Source: Utricularia gibba | Taxonomy: Eukaryota; Plantae; Magnoliophyta | Length of the DNA stretch: 64,000 nt | NCBI GenBank assembly: GCA_002189035.1 | Contig: CM007992.1 | Coordinates: 186,001-250,000, forward strand | Direction: 5' to 3' | Shown: in pieces, positions 24,406 through 36,740 of the stretch | Numbering within the stretch: position 1 is the stretch's first letter | How the letters are laid out: every line of letters begins with the position of its first letter | The notes under the pieces: generated by a model | What the model was told of the DNA's origin: nothing | The model's database searches: none | What the model saw: only the letters and a program-made list of their open reading frames with translations | Translations under genes and position numbers: made by a program

Positions 24406-26570
24406 CTAAAGTCGCGATAACTGAAGAGGAACGTTGAGATCAAGCACTTCATCCCTGCAGGTGACGAGGGGCAGCCTCTCGGTGCCTCCGGCGACCTGCA
24501 TCAGAAGGCGCTGGCAGTTTTCGGCCGCCATGAGCCCCGCAGAGTATGCTCCATGAACCGAACCCTGGTGCTCGACACTCACAGCTTCCCCTGCAAAGAA
24601 AAGATTCCCCACCGTGGCTCGAAGACGATCGTAGATGTCGTCGGAGTTGCCAACAGCATCGTAGGAGTAGCATCCGAGGATATTTGGATCCGTTCCCCAG
24701 TGTGAGACGAGGTACTGCACAGGCTCGGTGGCGCTAGGGAACATCCGCTTTAGCTGCAACATCACAAAACCAGCTGCGGCCTCGTCCGACAGCTTCTCTA
24801 GATCATAGGCCATTGCACCGGCGGCCATATAGACCAGGACAGGATGCCCTGTGGCCTTATGGAGATTCAGGAAATACCCACATGAATAAGACGAGGACGA
24901 AACAACTCCCAGATATTCCACGTTAGGCCAAAAAACATGATCGAATCGTAGAGCGATCTTGTTCTCATTTCCCACACCAAGATCAGATATTGCAGAGAGC
25001 TTCCAGTCTGGTAGCTTAGGGTGAAAGTCGATGGCATTAGCCTTTAGAACCCGAGAGGCACAGTGACTATGGCAGCATCTGCAATGAACTCTGTTCCATC
25101 ATCAACGGTTACAGCCACCTTGTTGTCCCGTTGAGAATTTTTTTAACCCTGAAAATTGAAGCATCAGTTTCAATGCAATATTACCTAGAAATGGTGAGAA
25201 AAATGTATATGCATACCGATGATTTAAACGAATATCCACATTCTCAGAGAGAGCCTTGATCACTGGATCATAACCTTGAACCATAAGCCCATGACCACCT
25301 GTAAGAACTCTCTCCTGAATTAACAGAGACATTAGCCACTAACAACACAAGGCATCCGAGAACCAATATTGCATAAAAAAGGAAATAAAAGCAACCTGAT
25401 CCCAAGCCTTCAGAGAAATCTTGTCAGCATCAGCAGCAAACCATGCCTCCATTCTGCATATGTACCACTGCAGAACTTCAAACGCAAGTCCTTCGGGTCT
25501 GGACAGATTCAAAATTATAATAATCAGTACAATTGTTATAATCTGAAAGCTAAAGGATCTTTGAGTAACAAAAAGAGTACCTCAATTCTGGGTGCCTGTC
25601 TAGAACAATTGTGATAGCTTCTTTGATAGACATGTCATTGCTTTGTTCCTTTCTAATCTTATCCGTCTGTAAGGAAAACAAAGACTATCGGTACCACTGC
25701 TGACAAATATATGTGAGCAAAAGAACTCTTGATAGTTCCATGCATACCTCTTCCAGGATTTTCTTAAAAACAACTCCAACCTCAATGACAGTGGTTTGTG
25801 GAACTTGCTGGCCATTTATGTCAAAAAGCGCATAGCTGAAATGCCAAAAAAAAAAAAAAAATCAAGAATGCGCAATCAGGTGATAATGTCGTTGAAATGA
25901 ATAAAAGAGTGATCTACCTTTGCAAATCATGGTCATATAAAAGGGAATCATCACCACTTGTTGGATACAATGTGAGCCCCAAACGACAAATAATAGGAGA
26001 CAGAGGGTTCTCATGGCAGACACCATGCAACCTGAACAGACTAAGATGTTACGACCAAGGCATCAAAAACCATGAAAAAAGTAACACATAATGAACTACT
26101 CATTGGGAAGATGATAAGAAGAAAAATGATGTTGTATCTTAATAACTTGCCATGAAGCTCCCATGTCAATTGGGCAGCCAAGCGAGTAATCTGTCTGAAT
26201 GCGTCCCCCAATTCTGTCTTGTGACTCCAACAGGATCACCTAAGCAAGAGAATCTTTTTCAGGAAAAACCGGAGAAATTCGACTAAAACTGGAATATTCA
26301 TTACAAACAAACCATACATTAATAGATGCCTTTTGAAGCATATGTGCCGCAGCAATCCCCGATATTCCCCACCAATAACAATCACAGAGGGCGTTGCACT
26401 ACTCAGTTGTTTCTCAAGAAAGGGTGCATAAATGCCTACAGAAAAAAAAAAAAAAAAAAAAAAAAACAGAACGAAGACTCAAGCTTTACGTAAAAAAAAA
26501 GAAAAACCAGTACAGAAAGATGAACCCAGAATCACTTACCTTCAAAAGATTCACCAGAGACCATCGCCAT
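24406..26570 (-). CDS. PAO4: Polyamine oxidase, PAO2/3/4 clade (PAO4-like), peroxisomal PTS1 SRL; three frameshifts (about 26368, 25128, 25051)
   Basis: [10 protein letters not shown]|G...PSVIVIGGG(restored)[88 protein letters not shown]; ends VPLQLSRL*. Confidence 0.92.
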
Positions 26571-26656
26571 CGTGAAACTCAAAAACCTTTTCTCTCAACC
26601 CAAATCGAAAACGAAACGTCTCCGAACACAGATCAACGAGAGAAAGAAAACCAAGA

Positions 26657-26806
26657 TTACGGTTGTATAGGAACCGGGAAATTAGAAATCAACTCGCAGG
26701 AATGATAAGAGAGGATGAGCAAAAGGCCGGCAATGAAGCGGCTTAAGTTATTTGCGCAACGCAATGAATCGTCAAACCAGCTCTTAATAATCATAATCGC
26801 AAGCAT
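26657..26806 (-). promoter_or_regulatory. 49-aa upstream ORF in the PAO 5' leader (candidate conserved-peptide uORF)
   Basis: ATG 26806 to TAA 26657: MLAIMIIKSWFDDSLRCANNLSRFIAGLLLILSYHSCELISNFPVPIQP. It lies between a TATA (tatata about 26991-26996) and the PAO ATG at 26570; the frame is open further up to a GTG at 26866. Confidence 0.65.
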
Positions 26807-27399
26807 GGAACCAGCATTCCTCGACAATGAAACTAAGATCTCGCCGGAGCATAGATCAATTCCCACCCCTCAGATCTACGAACCGCCTTCTTATCCGGCC
26901 GCCGATGACGCTGCTTCCCTCTGCCTCTCTATCCACCCGAGCCGTCGTCTACCTGTGTGTTTTGGTAACCGCATGATCCCAGGTACTGCATATATAAAGA
27001 AAGGGCTTCAGGGGCAAAGTGGGAATATCACTTAATAAAGGTTCCGTTATCCTTCCAACCTCCACCTCTAACAAACTTTCCCCTCGCAAAATGCGTATGT
27101 TCTGTCCGTTTTTGTCTGAAATTAATTTTCCATTATTAAAAAGGGAAATATAATTCAGGCAATGGAATCTGATGATGCATTATCGCCAGCGTTGTCTCCA
27201 CCGATTCCACATCGCACATGCCCAGTCACTCCACCTGCGTTTGACACAACATTTGCACATGGCTGGGCGCCATCGTACGTCTCCTCGCACCGGTCCACCC
27301 GGTCGGATTCCAGAATTGCCTGCTCCGGTTCTACCGGTTCTTAGCAACGCTTTTACTCAGACTCTAGTAGACGTTTGAGCTGGTTGTGGTTCCCCCTTT

Positions 27400-28190
27400 T
27401 TTAAACACTATATCTGTTATAATTTATCAATAAATATTTTCGAAAAGTATTTATAAAAATAGAAGATGAAATTCTATATATTATTAAAAATAAGACGTTT
27501 TAAAATTTTTAAAATAAAAATCCATCGTATTTAATAATTAAATTGTTTTTAAAACGATTGGATCCTATGTCTTTGTAGGAAGCGGAGATTCAAATAATGG
27601 GAACTGGCATTCATATATTTGTTCTAAATAATTTCTATTTATATAATAAATTAAATATGTTTTATAAATAATTTTAATTATCAAAACCTTATAAATAAAA
27701 AAATCTATACATACTTATCATTCTAATAAGTGATAGAGCTCTAATTTATATTTAATTAGAATAATTATTGAAAAGTAATTTTCGAAAATTATTATCAAAT
27801 AAAGTCCATATAACACATGGGCCCTGTTCTGTTTAAATAATATCCTAAAGTAATTTTGTTTAATTTTTAACTTTTTCTTTAGTAAAATAAAAAATTCAGA
27901 TTGTGTGATTAATTTTAAAAATTATTGAATTTATTAAATTTCTATTTTAATAATTTAATAATAGATTAATTATAAAAATTATATTATTTATTTTTATCTA
28001 TTTTAAAAATATATTTATATTCTAACACTAAATTACAATAATTTAATATATTAAATTTTTTATTAAATTTATAATGTCGTGCAAAATAGTTTTACTGATT
28101 GTATTCATATAATATCAAAGCAGGCTACATTTTGTATAATATTAAGCATAATTTCAAATTTCAGAATAGTTACATATCTATTCTCTCCAT
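27400..28190. other. Extremely AT-rich intergenic block (largest of several)
   Basis: Long A/T tracts with abrupt boundaries. Similar blocks lie at about 250-700, 8630-9200, 47620-48040, 56950-57200 and 63040-63260. Confidence 0.8.
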
Positions 28191-29051
28191 AATCCGTTCA
28201 CAAACTGTGTCCTGATGCGCTGGAACCGGGCACGTGCACAGAATTCAAAACCCAGAAGCAGTGCACCGGACAGCAGCACAAGTTGCATTTGAACTCTATT
28301 ATGAATGAGGTAGCCGTTTTTGAATCAGTTAGTTCGGCGTCCAGATTTCTTTTCTCATAAAAAAAATGAAAACACGTGGATTCTGGAGTGCGCCTCCATA
28401 AACGACGAACCGAAAACAAGGGAAAATGACCTCCAATCCTTTCACGTGGGATCCCATGCCATCCCATCTTTATATTATATTATAAAATAAAATTATGGGC
28501 AGTATTTTTGGATAATATGAGTAAAAATAGGTATTTTAACCTATGAATTTAAATATTTTTTTGTATAATTAAGTGTAAAAATGAATTATATTGTAGGAAT
28601 GGGGTTGATTATATTTGGATGCATGCTAAAAACGGCAACTTGTGTTTTGTCTTTTTGATGGCTGTTTGTGTGTTGTCCTGTGCGGTTTGTATGGCACACG
28701 TGCGTGTCTCGTGATCAACTATTTTTGGTGACGTCGTCAGCGACGCGCTTTTGAAAGTTGCTGCGTCTTTATCCCCAGGGTGATCACCGGATTAGATGGA
28801 CGGTGCAAACGGCCTGCAGTTCTGGAGCCCATGTTTCCAGGGAGAGGCTTCACGGCAATCAAGATGCTGAATGGATTTCCTGTGAAAACATGGTTTTTGT
28901 GTGGGTTGGACTTTGACTGAGTTGGGCTGGGCCGCTGGGAGAATGATGAATTCTCTCTCATTTCCCTCGCCGGAGATCGGATTGCGATTTGGGAATTGGG
29001 GATTTGATTTTAGGGCAGAAGGCGCGGAGGACGCATCGCCACGGATGCGTC

Positions 29052-31459
29052 ATGGAGTTTCCGGATACCAAGAAAAGGAAGCTGTCCTCGCCCCCGCCGC
29101 CGGAGCAGCTTCCCTACTCCGATGGATCCGTCGACCTGTCGCTCTTGGAGGCTCTAGAGAAATCTCAACAGAACGCGGTGGAGACCCTGGACCTGAAAAC
29201 CTTGAAGAAACTCGCCCTTGCGTTGGAGCGTCGGCTCAAGGCCAACACGGCGGAGCGGCTCAAGTATCCGGACAATCCGGAGAAGTTTGCTGATTCCGAG
29301 CTCGAGCTCCACGACGAGCTCCAGAAACTTAAAATCCTTGCAGGGGCGCCGGAGCTTTATAAGGAGCTCGTGAAACTCGGTACCCTGGAGTCGATAACCG
29401 GACTTCTCAACCACGACAACACAGATATTGCCATTGATGCGGTCACCCTTTTGCAAGATCTCACTGATGCTGATGTGGTTGAGGACAATGATGAGGCGGC
29501 GCAGGCCCTAGTTGATGCGCTCGTAGAGAACAATGCACTCGAATTGCTTGTCCAGAATTTATCCCGCTTGAATGATTCTGACCCTGACGAATCGGCTGCT
29601 ATTTATAACACTTTGTCCACCATTGAGAATCTTATTGAGGTTAAGCCTTCGTTGTCTGAGCTTGTTTGCGAGAAGACCAAGTTACTGAAATGGCTTCAGA
29701 CCCGAATCAAGATACGTGAATTTGACAGTAACAAGCAGTATGCGTCAGAAATCCTCGCCATTTTGTTGCAGAATAGTATTGCCAATCAGAAGAAGTTCGG
29801 ACAAATGAATGGTGTGGACACATTGTTGCAGGCTGTAGCTATGTATAAGTCGAAAGATCCCAAGACGGGCGATGAGGAGGAAATGGTGGAGAACTTATTT
29901 GATTCTCTGTGCTGCTTGTTAATGCCATTGGAAAATAAAGAAAGATTTGTGAAAGCTGAAGGAGTTGAATTGATGATTATTATAATGAATCAGAAGAAAT
30001 TATGTTATGGTTCTGCTATCCGAGCTTTGGATTTTGCGATGACAAATTATCCTCCTGCCTGTGAGCGTTTTATTGATGTAATGGGGATAAAGACTGCGTT
30101 CCCTGCTTTTATGGGTAAGGCAAGTCTAGCACCCTCACCAATAGCCGCCTTTATGGAAGTTAATTCAGTTTTTAGTTTGATCCAGTTGTTTTTTTCTGTT
30201 TGAAGTGTTTTTGTTTTCCTTGAAGATTCCTTTGAGCAAGAAAAACAAGAAAAAACGCTACAAAGAAGAACTGGAAGAGCGTCTTGTTTCGGTGGTGGCT
30301 TCGCTATTTGGTAAGCATGAAGTTAGTTTGGATACGTCCGGTTGGATTACATCAGATGCTGCTAATGCCTCTTTCTTGTTGAATCTTCACTTGCCTACTT
30401 GGGTTTTTATCTGGTTCTTTCCTGTTGAATCTTTCTTTACTTGTCGACTTGAGTCTTCCAAAGGCTTAATCTTGTATTCTCATGTTACATCCTTGCACTA
30501 TAACACTGAATATTCTAGGTGGGTACTGAGAGGCTCCAGGAGGGAAAGACTGCTGAGTAAATTTGTGGAGAATGAGTATGAAAAAATCGACCGACTCATG
30601 GAACTCTACATGAGGTGATAATCTCTGAATTTTAACGTTCTGACTTCCACTTCACATCAGCCGTTTGATAAATTCTTCTGAACCATTAGGTACTCAGAAA
30701 GAGTGAAGGCGGAGGCTGGAAAACTTGATCAGCTAGAGCTTGATGATCTTGAGGTTATCTATCCATACTTTTGAAATTTTTTTCCCGTAAATTCAATTTT
30801 CAGTGACACCTTTCTAAGTGGCATCCTCTTTCCATCCTAAGCACCCTTTGTCTCATTTCAGATTGACGAGGATGAGAAATACAGCAGAAAGCTGGACGCT
30901 GGGCTTTATACTGTTCAGGTCCCTATGATGTGATATCTTATCCCTTCCACTTTCTTCCAGCCATTTGTAGTTGTGGAGCATGACTCGTTCTCCCTTTTTT
31001 TTTTTTTGCAGTTAATAGCGGTTATATTGGGCCATCTATGGACATCCGAGTAAGTCCCTTCCTCCCTTCCATGTCCAGCTCATCTCCTTCCTGAGATGCT
31101 CACTCCAATGATCTCGCCGTTCTTTGCAGACACCACGGAATCCAGTCAAGAATCGAGCTGTTGCTGAGACAGCAAAGGTTAACGAAGAAGGATCTGCAGG
31201 ACATACTCCAGGTACATCTCCATCCCCTTACCTCCCCTGCAGCTACTTCTCGTGTGTGCTGCTTGTCTGCATCCTTGTGAATGAGGGCCATTTACAAATT
31301 TGATCAGTTTTTTCATACATATATGATAAGAGGATGAGATTTCTAAATCATGGGTATGAATGGCAGGAATACCATGACAACATAGGTGATCTTGATGGAC
31401 CCGAAGAGAAGGAAAGAGCTCAGTCAAGAATCTTGAAATTCATTTCCTCCTTTTCATGA
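29052..31459 (+). CDS. CTNNBL1: Beta-catenin-like protein 1 (PRP19/NTC spliceosome factor); one frameshift near 30522
   Basis: NLS-like KKRK; ERLKYPDNPEKFADSELELHDEL, LLNHDNTDIAIDAV, FDSNKQYASEILAILLQ, KERFVKAEGVELM, KFVENEYEKIDRLMEL, RKLDAGLYTVQ, EYHDNIGD...FISSFS*. Start codon choice is tentative. Confidence 0.92.
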
Positions 31460-32146
31460 AACACTCCCACCACTTGACTGCTCTGCTTTCGTTTTGCAGT
31501 GCAACGTATTTCCGTAGAATCCTATCTAAAACCCGGGATTGATAAAACTTTTTTTATTTTATTTTACATGGGTATTGTGAATGTTCTAGAATGATGCAGA
31601 ACGTACATCAACAATACTAACTATTTTATTTTAGTTTAATCAATCATGTGTAATAAGTTAATAGTTAATTAAAATTGATTGTTTCATAAGTTGGGCTATT
31701 TAAAGTGAGTATCGAGGCCCAGTGGTGTGGGCGTAGAGATTTTGAACTTGTCGCCGGATTCTGAACGTTTCTTAGGGATAACCAGGTACTGGATGCCGTC
31801 GCAGGCGAAGGCTGGTTACTGATTGTTCTAGGAAGTATTCGTAAGTTTCGATCTACGATTTACTCGGTATTAACTTCTGCTAGTGTTTTACGAATTTGAA
31901 TAGTGAGAATTGCCGGTAAGTTTTCGAATTCATTAGATATCAGAGCAGTTGGAAATTTTTCAAGTATTGGTGTGCTTGAGCTTGTTTGTTCATTTCTTTG
32001 ATTTATTATGGTTTTTCATGGTGGTTCTGGAAATGGTTCAGGCCCTGTTTCAATTGAATAACCTTGTCATTTATATTTGATCAGAAACTATTAAGGAACG
32101 GATTTGGCCGGAATACATTGTTCTATTTCGTGGTAACTCCAAGGAG

Positions 32147-32791
32147 ATGGCTAGTGGAACTGGATTGGAGTCTCTTGTTGATCGTATGTAATCTGTTCTC
32201 AGACTTGACACTTCTGGCTATTTGGCTTGCTTAAATGAAATTCGACTGATTCTTTTTTGGGCTTTCAGAAACAATATCAGTTATCACAAATGATGGCCGA
32301 AATATTGTGGTAAGCTTCTGATTTTGGGCTCTGCGATGAAGAATTGAGTATTTTGATGCTTGCAAACTGACGCTATGCGTTATTCATGCAGGGAGTTCTT
32401 AAAGGTTTCGATCAGGCAACGAACATTATACTGGATGAGTCTCATGAAAGGGTTTACTCCACAAAGGTTAGCTTTCGCACGAATTTGGTCTTGTTTTTTA
32501 TCTCTAAAAGCATCTTGCTTAAAGCAACCAGCTTTGTATGTTCACCCTGTCTTCGATGCAGGAAGGTGTACAACAGCTTGTTTTGGGCCTGTACATCATT
32601 CGAGGAGATAACATGTATTGTGTTTTATGTTTAATCTGCAGTTGTGCATAACGTTTACTCTCTCCTTTTTTTTTAAAGTAGTCCTGTTTTACTGCTACAG
32701 AAGCATAGTTGGGGAAATCGATGAAGAAATTGATGCAGACTTGGACTTGTCGAAAGTTAGAGCTCACCCTTTGAAGCCAGTCATTCACTAA
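32147..32791 (+). CDS. LSM8: Sm-like protein LSM8, 5 coding exons, intact
   Basis: MASGTGLESLVDQTISVITNDGRNIVGVLKGFDQATNIILDESHERVYSTKEGVQQLVLGLYIIRGDNISIVGEIDEEIDADLDLSKVRAHPLKPVIH*. Confidence 0.97.
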
Positions 32792-33222
32792 GTTCTGAAA
32801 ACCAAGTACTGATTTCTTAAGAAGCATTTTGTGCCTAAACCATTGATCCCAATACCCTTAACTCACTCTATGAGTTTCTCCGATGTCTGTGGAAGTCGTG
32901 ACTTCATTCCCCAAGGTACTGATTACAAGTTTGCACTCTTTCACTAACGTTATAATTTTTGAACCTCCACCAGAAACCTGAATGAGTACTTGACATTTTC
33001 TGAGCTTGAAAGTAGCTATGAGTTTATTGATATCAGTGTGCAGAAGGAACCACAGAAGGGAGTTGAAATGGGACTACAAATACCACATTTTTGGTGGTAA
33101 GCAAGAAGATGAAGAAAAGCTACATTTGTGATGCAGTCAAGTCGTGTATGGTGCACAAACCGTTTAGGTACAGTAAAGTACAAGTAGATATATGAAGCTG
33201 AGCTGAAGGGATCCAGATTCAT

Positions 33223-35768
33223 CTAAGAACTCAAGAAATTGTCAACCAGTGCATTTGTGCTTCTTGACAGGAACTTCATGCATATTGGTGGTTTTACCCC
33301 AACCAGTGCCAATATTGAACTGGGCAATGTCCATATCCCATCTCCACAGATGAGTCCTGAAGCTACAGCTGGTCCAAATGCAGCAGCTTTCTCCTTGTCA
33401 ATCTTCTCCCAGATGAAAAGAATCAAGCTCCCGACACACATGTCGATGGTGAAGTAAGCCCCAAGATAGAATGGGATTGCCATTGCCATCGGAAGAGGGA
33501 TGAATCTTGCCCATTTTGGCCCGACGAGGTCTCTGAGGAGGTTGATGGCCATGGCTCCAGCAAAGAATATGAAGCACAATGTCAGGCAGTGATTGGGCAG
33601 AGACCCGAATCCTTCAACTCCCAAGATCGCCATGTTGCGGTAGATAAGAGCATATGGTGCAGGGTACACTGAACCAGCCTCTCCCAGATTACCAAAAGCC
33701 TTGTAAAAAAGCCAGAAGACAGAAGGAGAGATGACACAGCCCATAGCAGTTCCGATGATTTGGCTCACAAACATGGATCTTGGTGATGCAAGTGTCATGT
33801 AACCAGTCTTGAAATCCTGTGTAAGATCTGAAGCTGTTGACACAATGTTCATCATGACTCCGCAGGCAGCCAGCCCAGCAAGAACACCACCGTGTGCTGC
33901 CCCCGCCCATGCACCGACAATGAATATGGCTAGCTTGCCATAAGTGGATGCCAGAGACCAGTCTGTTAGCCCACAGCCATAGGCGTTGCAGAAGGCCAGA
34001 ACTGGTGCAATGATGTACATGACAACAATGTAGTACCACTTCAAGGGGCGAAAGATGTGTGGCAGTGTTATAGTGGAGATGGTGGCGATGCCGACATACC
34101 CAGCAACAGCAAGCCAATAAGGTATTTGATCCTTAACGAAGAGTCTTGTCCGGATTTGATCATTGTAGGACTGAGCTACTGGAGGAGGCACCAACTGGCC
34201 GTCGATTGGACGGACAAGATCGGCTCTTCGTTCACGAACTTGCTTGTACAAGCCAATCCCAGTTCGTCCAAGAACCTTGAAGAAGTTATAGAGACCATCG
34301 CCAAGAATCATGGCTATGGCTATAAAGACCTGCAGTAAGGATTTTGAGTGTGACCGGACAAAAGTTATCTCTGATTATAGACAGGAGGGACAAGACAAGA
34401 AACTTTACCCTGTAGCCTTGCAAACCATGGAGACTGCTGAGAGGCAAGTGGGCAGGATACCAATCTCCCCTTCTGTTTGTGATGAGTGGCCACATTATTC
34501 CCCAGGAGATGATGGCTCCCACAAGAAGAGATACATTGACAAGGTATGGGCATATCATCCCAACACCAACGTAGGTTGCGGAAAAGTCGAAGTAGAATCT
34601 GAAACAGAATGCCACAAGGTGAGTACATTTACAGTGTTGAAGCAATATTCTGGTTACAGTACTCAATGATCAGTTAACAGTGCAAAACCTGTTGTCGTAG
34701 GCTTTGAGGCCGAATGTTGGAAAGTTTTCAAACCCACAGTCATCTCCAGCAGTGAAAAACCATTGGAAGAAACCCCACAGGAAGCTAAAAGAGAACAGTT
34801 TCCCCAGAGTGCTCACCTGTTTCCTGGTTTTCCAAACGTCAGTGAACAAAAGCATGAATACCAGAAGAACTGAAACCACTTGCTACTCTACTCACTTTGC
34901 AAGCTTGGCTCCCTTGGGGTGTGGAAGCTATTGATCAGATGAGCTGTTGCAGTCCCACTGGGATAAGTCAGCCTGAAGTCTATGATCATAATCTGAAACC
35001 AGTGAAGATGAACACACACATTAGGTAAATGCAGATAGCGCAGTGGCAGCCATGCGGAGAGTGACTGCAGATAAAAATGAAAAAGAGAGTAATTACCTTA
35101 CGAAGAGGGACTACAGAGAAGAGCCCCAAGAAGCTAACAACGAATAGGAAGCCTATGATCCAGGTCAGGCTCGGATTCTTCACGTTTTGTGCATCATCAG
35201 CGTCAGGAGATTGGCTAGCAATGGTCTCACTCATGCCGAACAGATAGCTCCCAAAGCCGCCTGGTTTTCCAGTCAGAAACAGAGAGTTAACTGAAGGATC
35301 CGTTCATGTTCTTTTGAAAGCATCTAATCTTTGATCAGAAGAGAGATCCCTTGAATTAAGATTTCGGAAGAAGGGATTGTTACCGCTGAAAGCTATGCCG
35401 GAGGCGGCGACGACGCACGTCTGAATCACAGTATTCTCCTGACGGGTAAATTTCTGGCGGAGGAGCCCCGACTTCTCCAGCGCGGTAGTCCAGGTCTTGA
35501 CGAAGAAGAAACCGAGGAGCCCAGCGGAGACATTGAGCGACGGGATAATACCCGTCGTCAAATTGAGCTTCATCACGATGAAGGTGAAGAGAATCGCTAG
35601 TACAAAGCTGACGAAGAAGGCTCTGAAAGTGAGTTGACTCCGCCATGGCGGCACCTCCTGGCTCTCAAAAATCTTCTCGACCGACTCAATCTCCTCTTCC
35701 CTCCCGACGGCCTCCGTCGCCTGCTCGTCCCCGTCGGTTTTCTTGGTCGAACTGTCGGATCCTCCCAT
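33223..35768 (-). CDS. YSL: YELLOW STRIPE-LIKE metal-nicotianamine transporter (OPT family, YSL5/7/8-like clade); one frameshift near 34915
   Basis: [123 protein letters not shown]. Confidence 0.95.
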
Positions 35769-36740
35769 AGCGTGAACTCAGTAAGTGACTCTACCAACGT
35801 GATCATGCAGCAGGCAAACCCATCTTTTTTAAATTCAATTTTGGCCCACTTTTCCATCTCCTACTCCCTACAGCATTGAATCAAAGCAACGAATCCACAG
35901 GATCTCCAGCTCAAACGACACCATAAGTCAACGGTAGCCTTGGAGATACCGCATCACACGAAAGTACGGAAAAAAAAAACAAAAAAAACCATGCATCCTA
36001 ATTTTACTGTCGAGATTTAGAAAATATGAAAATACAGAAAAAGAGGAGCAAAATAAATTAAATTTTAATTATACATTATCCAAAAATTAGTAATGAAAAC
36101 TCGAGAGAATTTGTGTCGTACTTTTGTTGTAATAATTAGGACCACATCTGACTTGGAAAAAAATGCAGCTCCCGAATTTTGTCAAATGCAGAGGTGAATC
36201 GAGGGATATCTTCTCATTGAATGTTCCACATAAATGAACCCAAATTCTGGTTCTCATTTGTTTGCTGAACACACCAAACGCCCCATGGAGCAGGAATTAA
36301 TGGATCATTTAGAAAATGGAATAATCTTGTTGGAATTTGATTGGGCATTCCACGAAAACGGATTGGACTAGTGGAAGGGATGGCTCGAAGTCAGCGCTGG
36401 GGGGCTGAAACGAGCCTCTTGATTGCCATTAACTGCCTCCTGGAGGGGGTGATTAGTTCATCTTTCTTGCCGTTGACATCCCAGCTGCTTACTTTGTTCA
36501 ATGAATCTGCATCAGCACATGTTGAGTTGATGGAGGAGGATGTGGCAGTGGCACAGTAAGCCACGTAATTGTATTTCCTGGGCAGCTGCAAGATCCAATC
36601 TTTTGAATGCCATCATCCCTTTTGTGTAGAGCTAGCTCATGGGCACGTAGAATGTGCTGCTGGTGCACTGGGTTGCCTCGAGTTGGGGTCGATCCTCCCT
36701 GGATCTTCTATGAGCTTCTTTCTTCTGTTTTGGAACTGTG

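Noticed and set aside
28221-28238. tggaaccgggcacgtgca, similar to miR164
   Set aside because: Only the 3' half matches, it needs three gaps, and no hairpin partner is present; it is just a G-box context.
36341-36740. Possible E+/DYW extension of the PPR gene or a separate small gene
   Set aside because: No HxE/CxxC or DYW motif is present in any frame, even allowing a frameshift.
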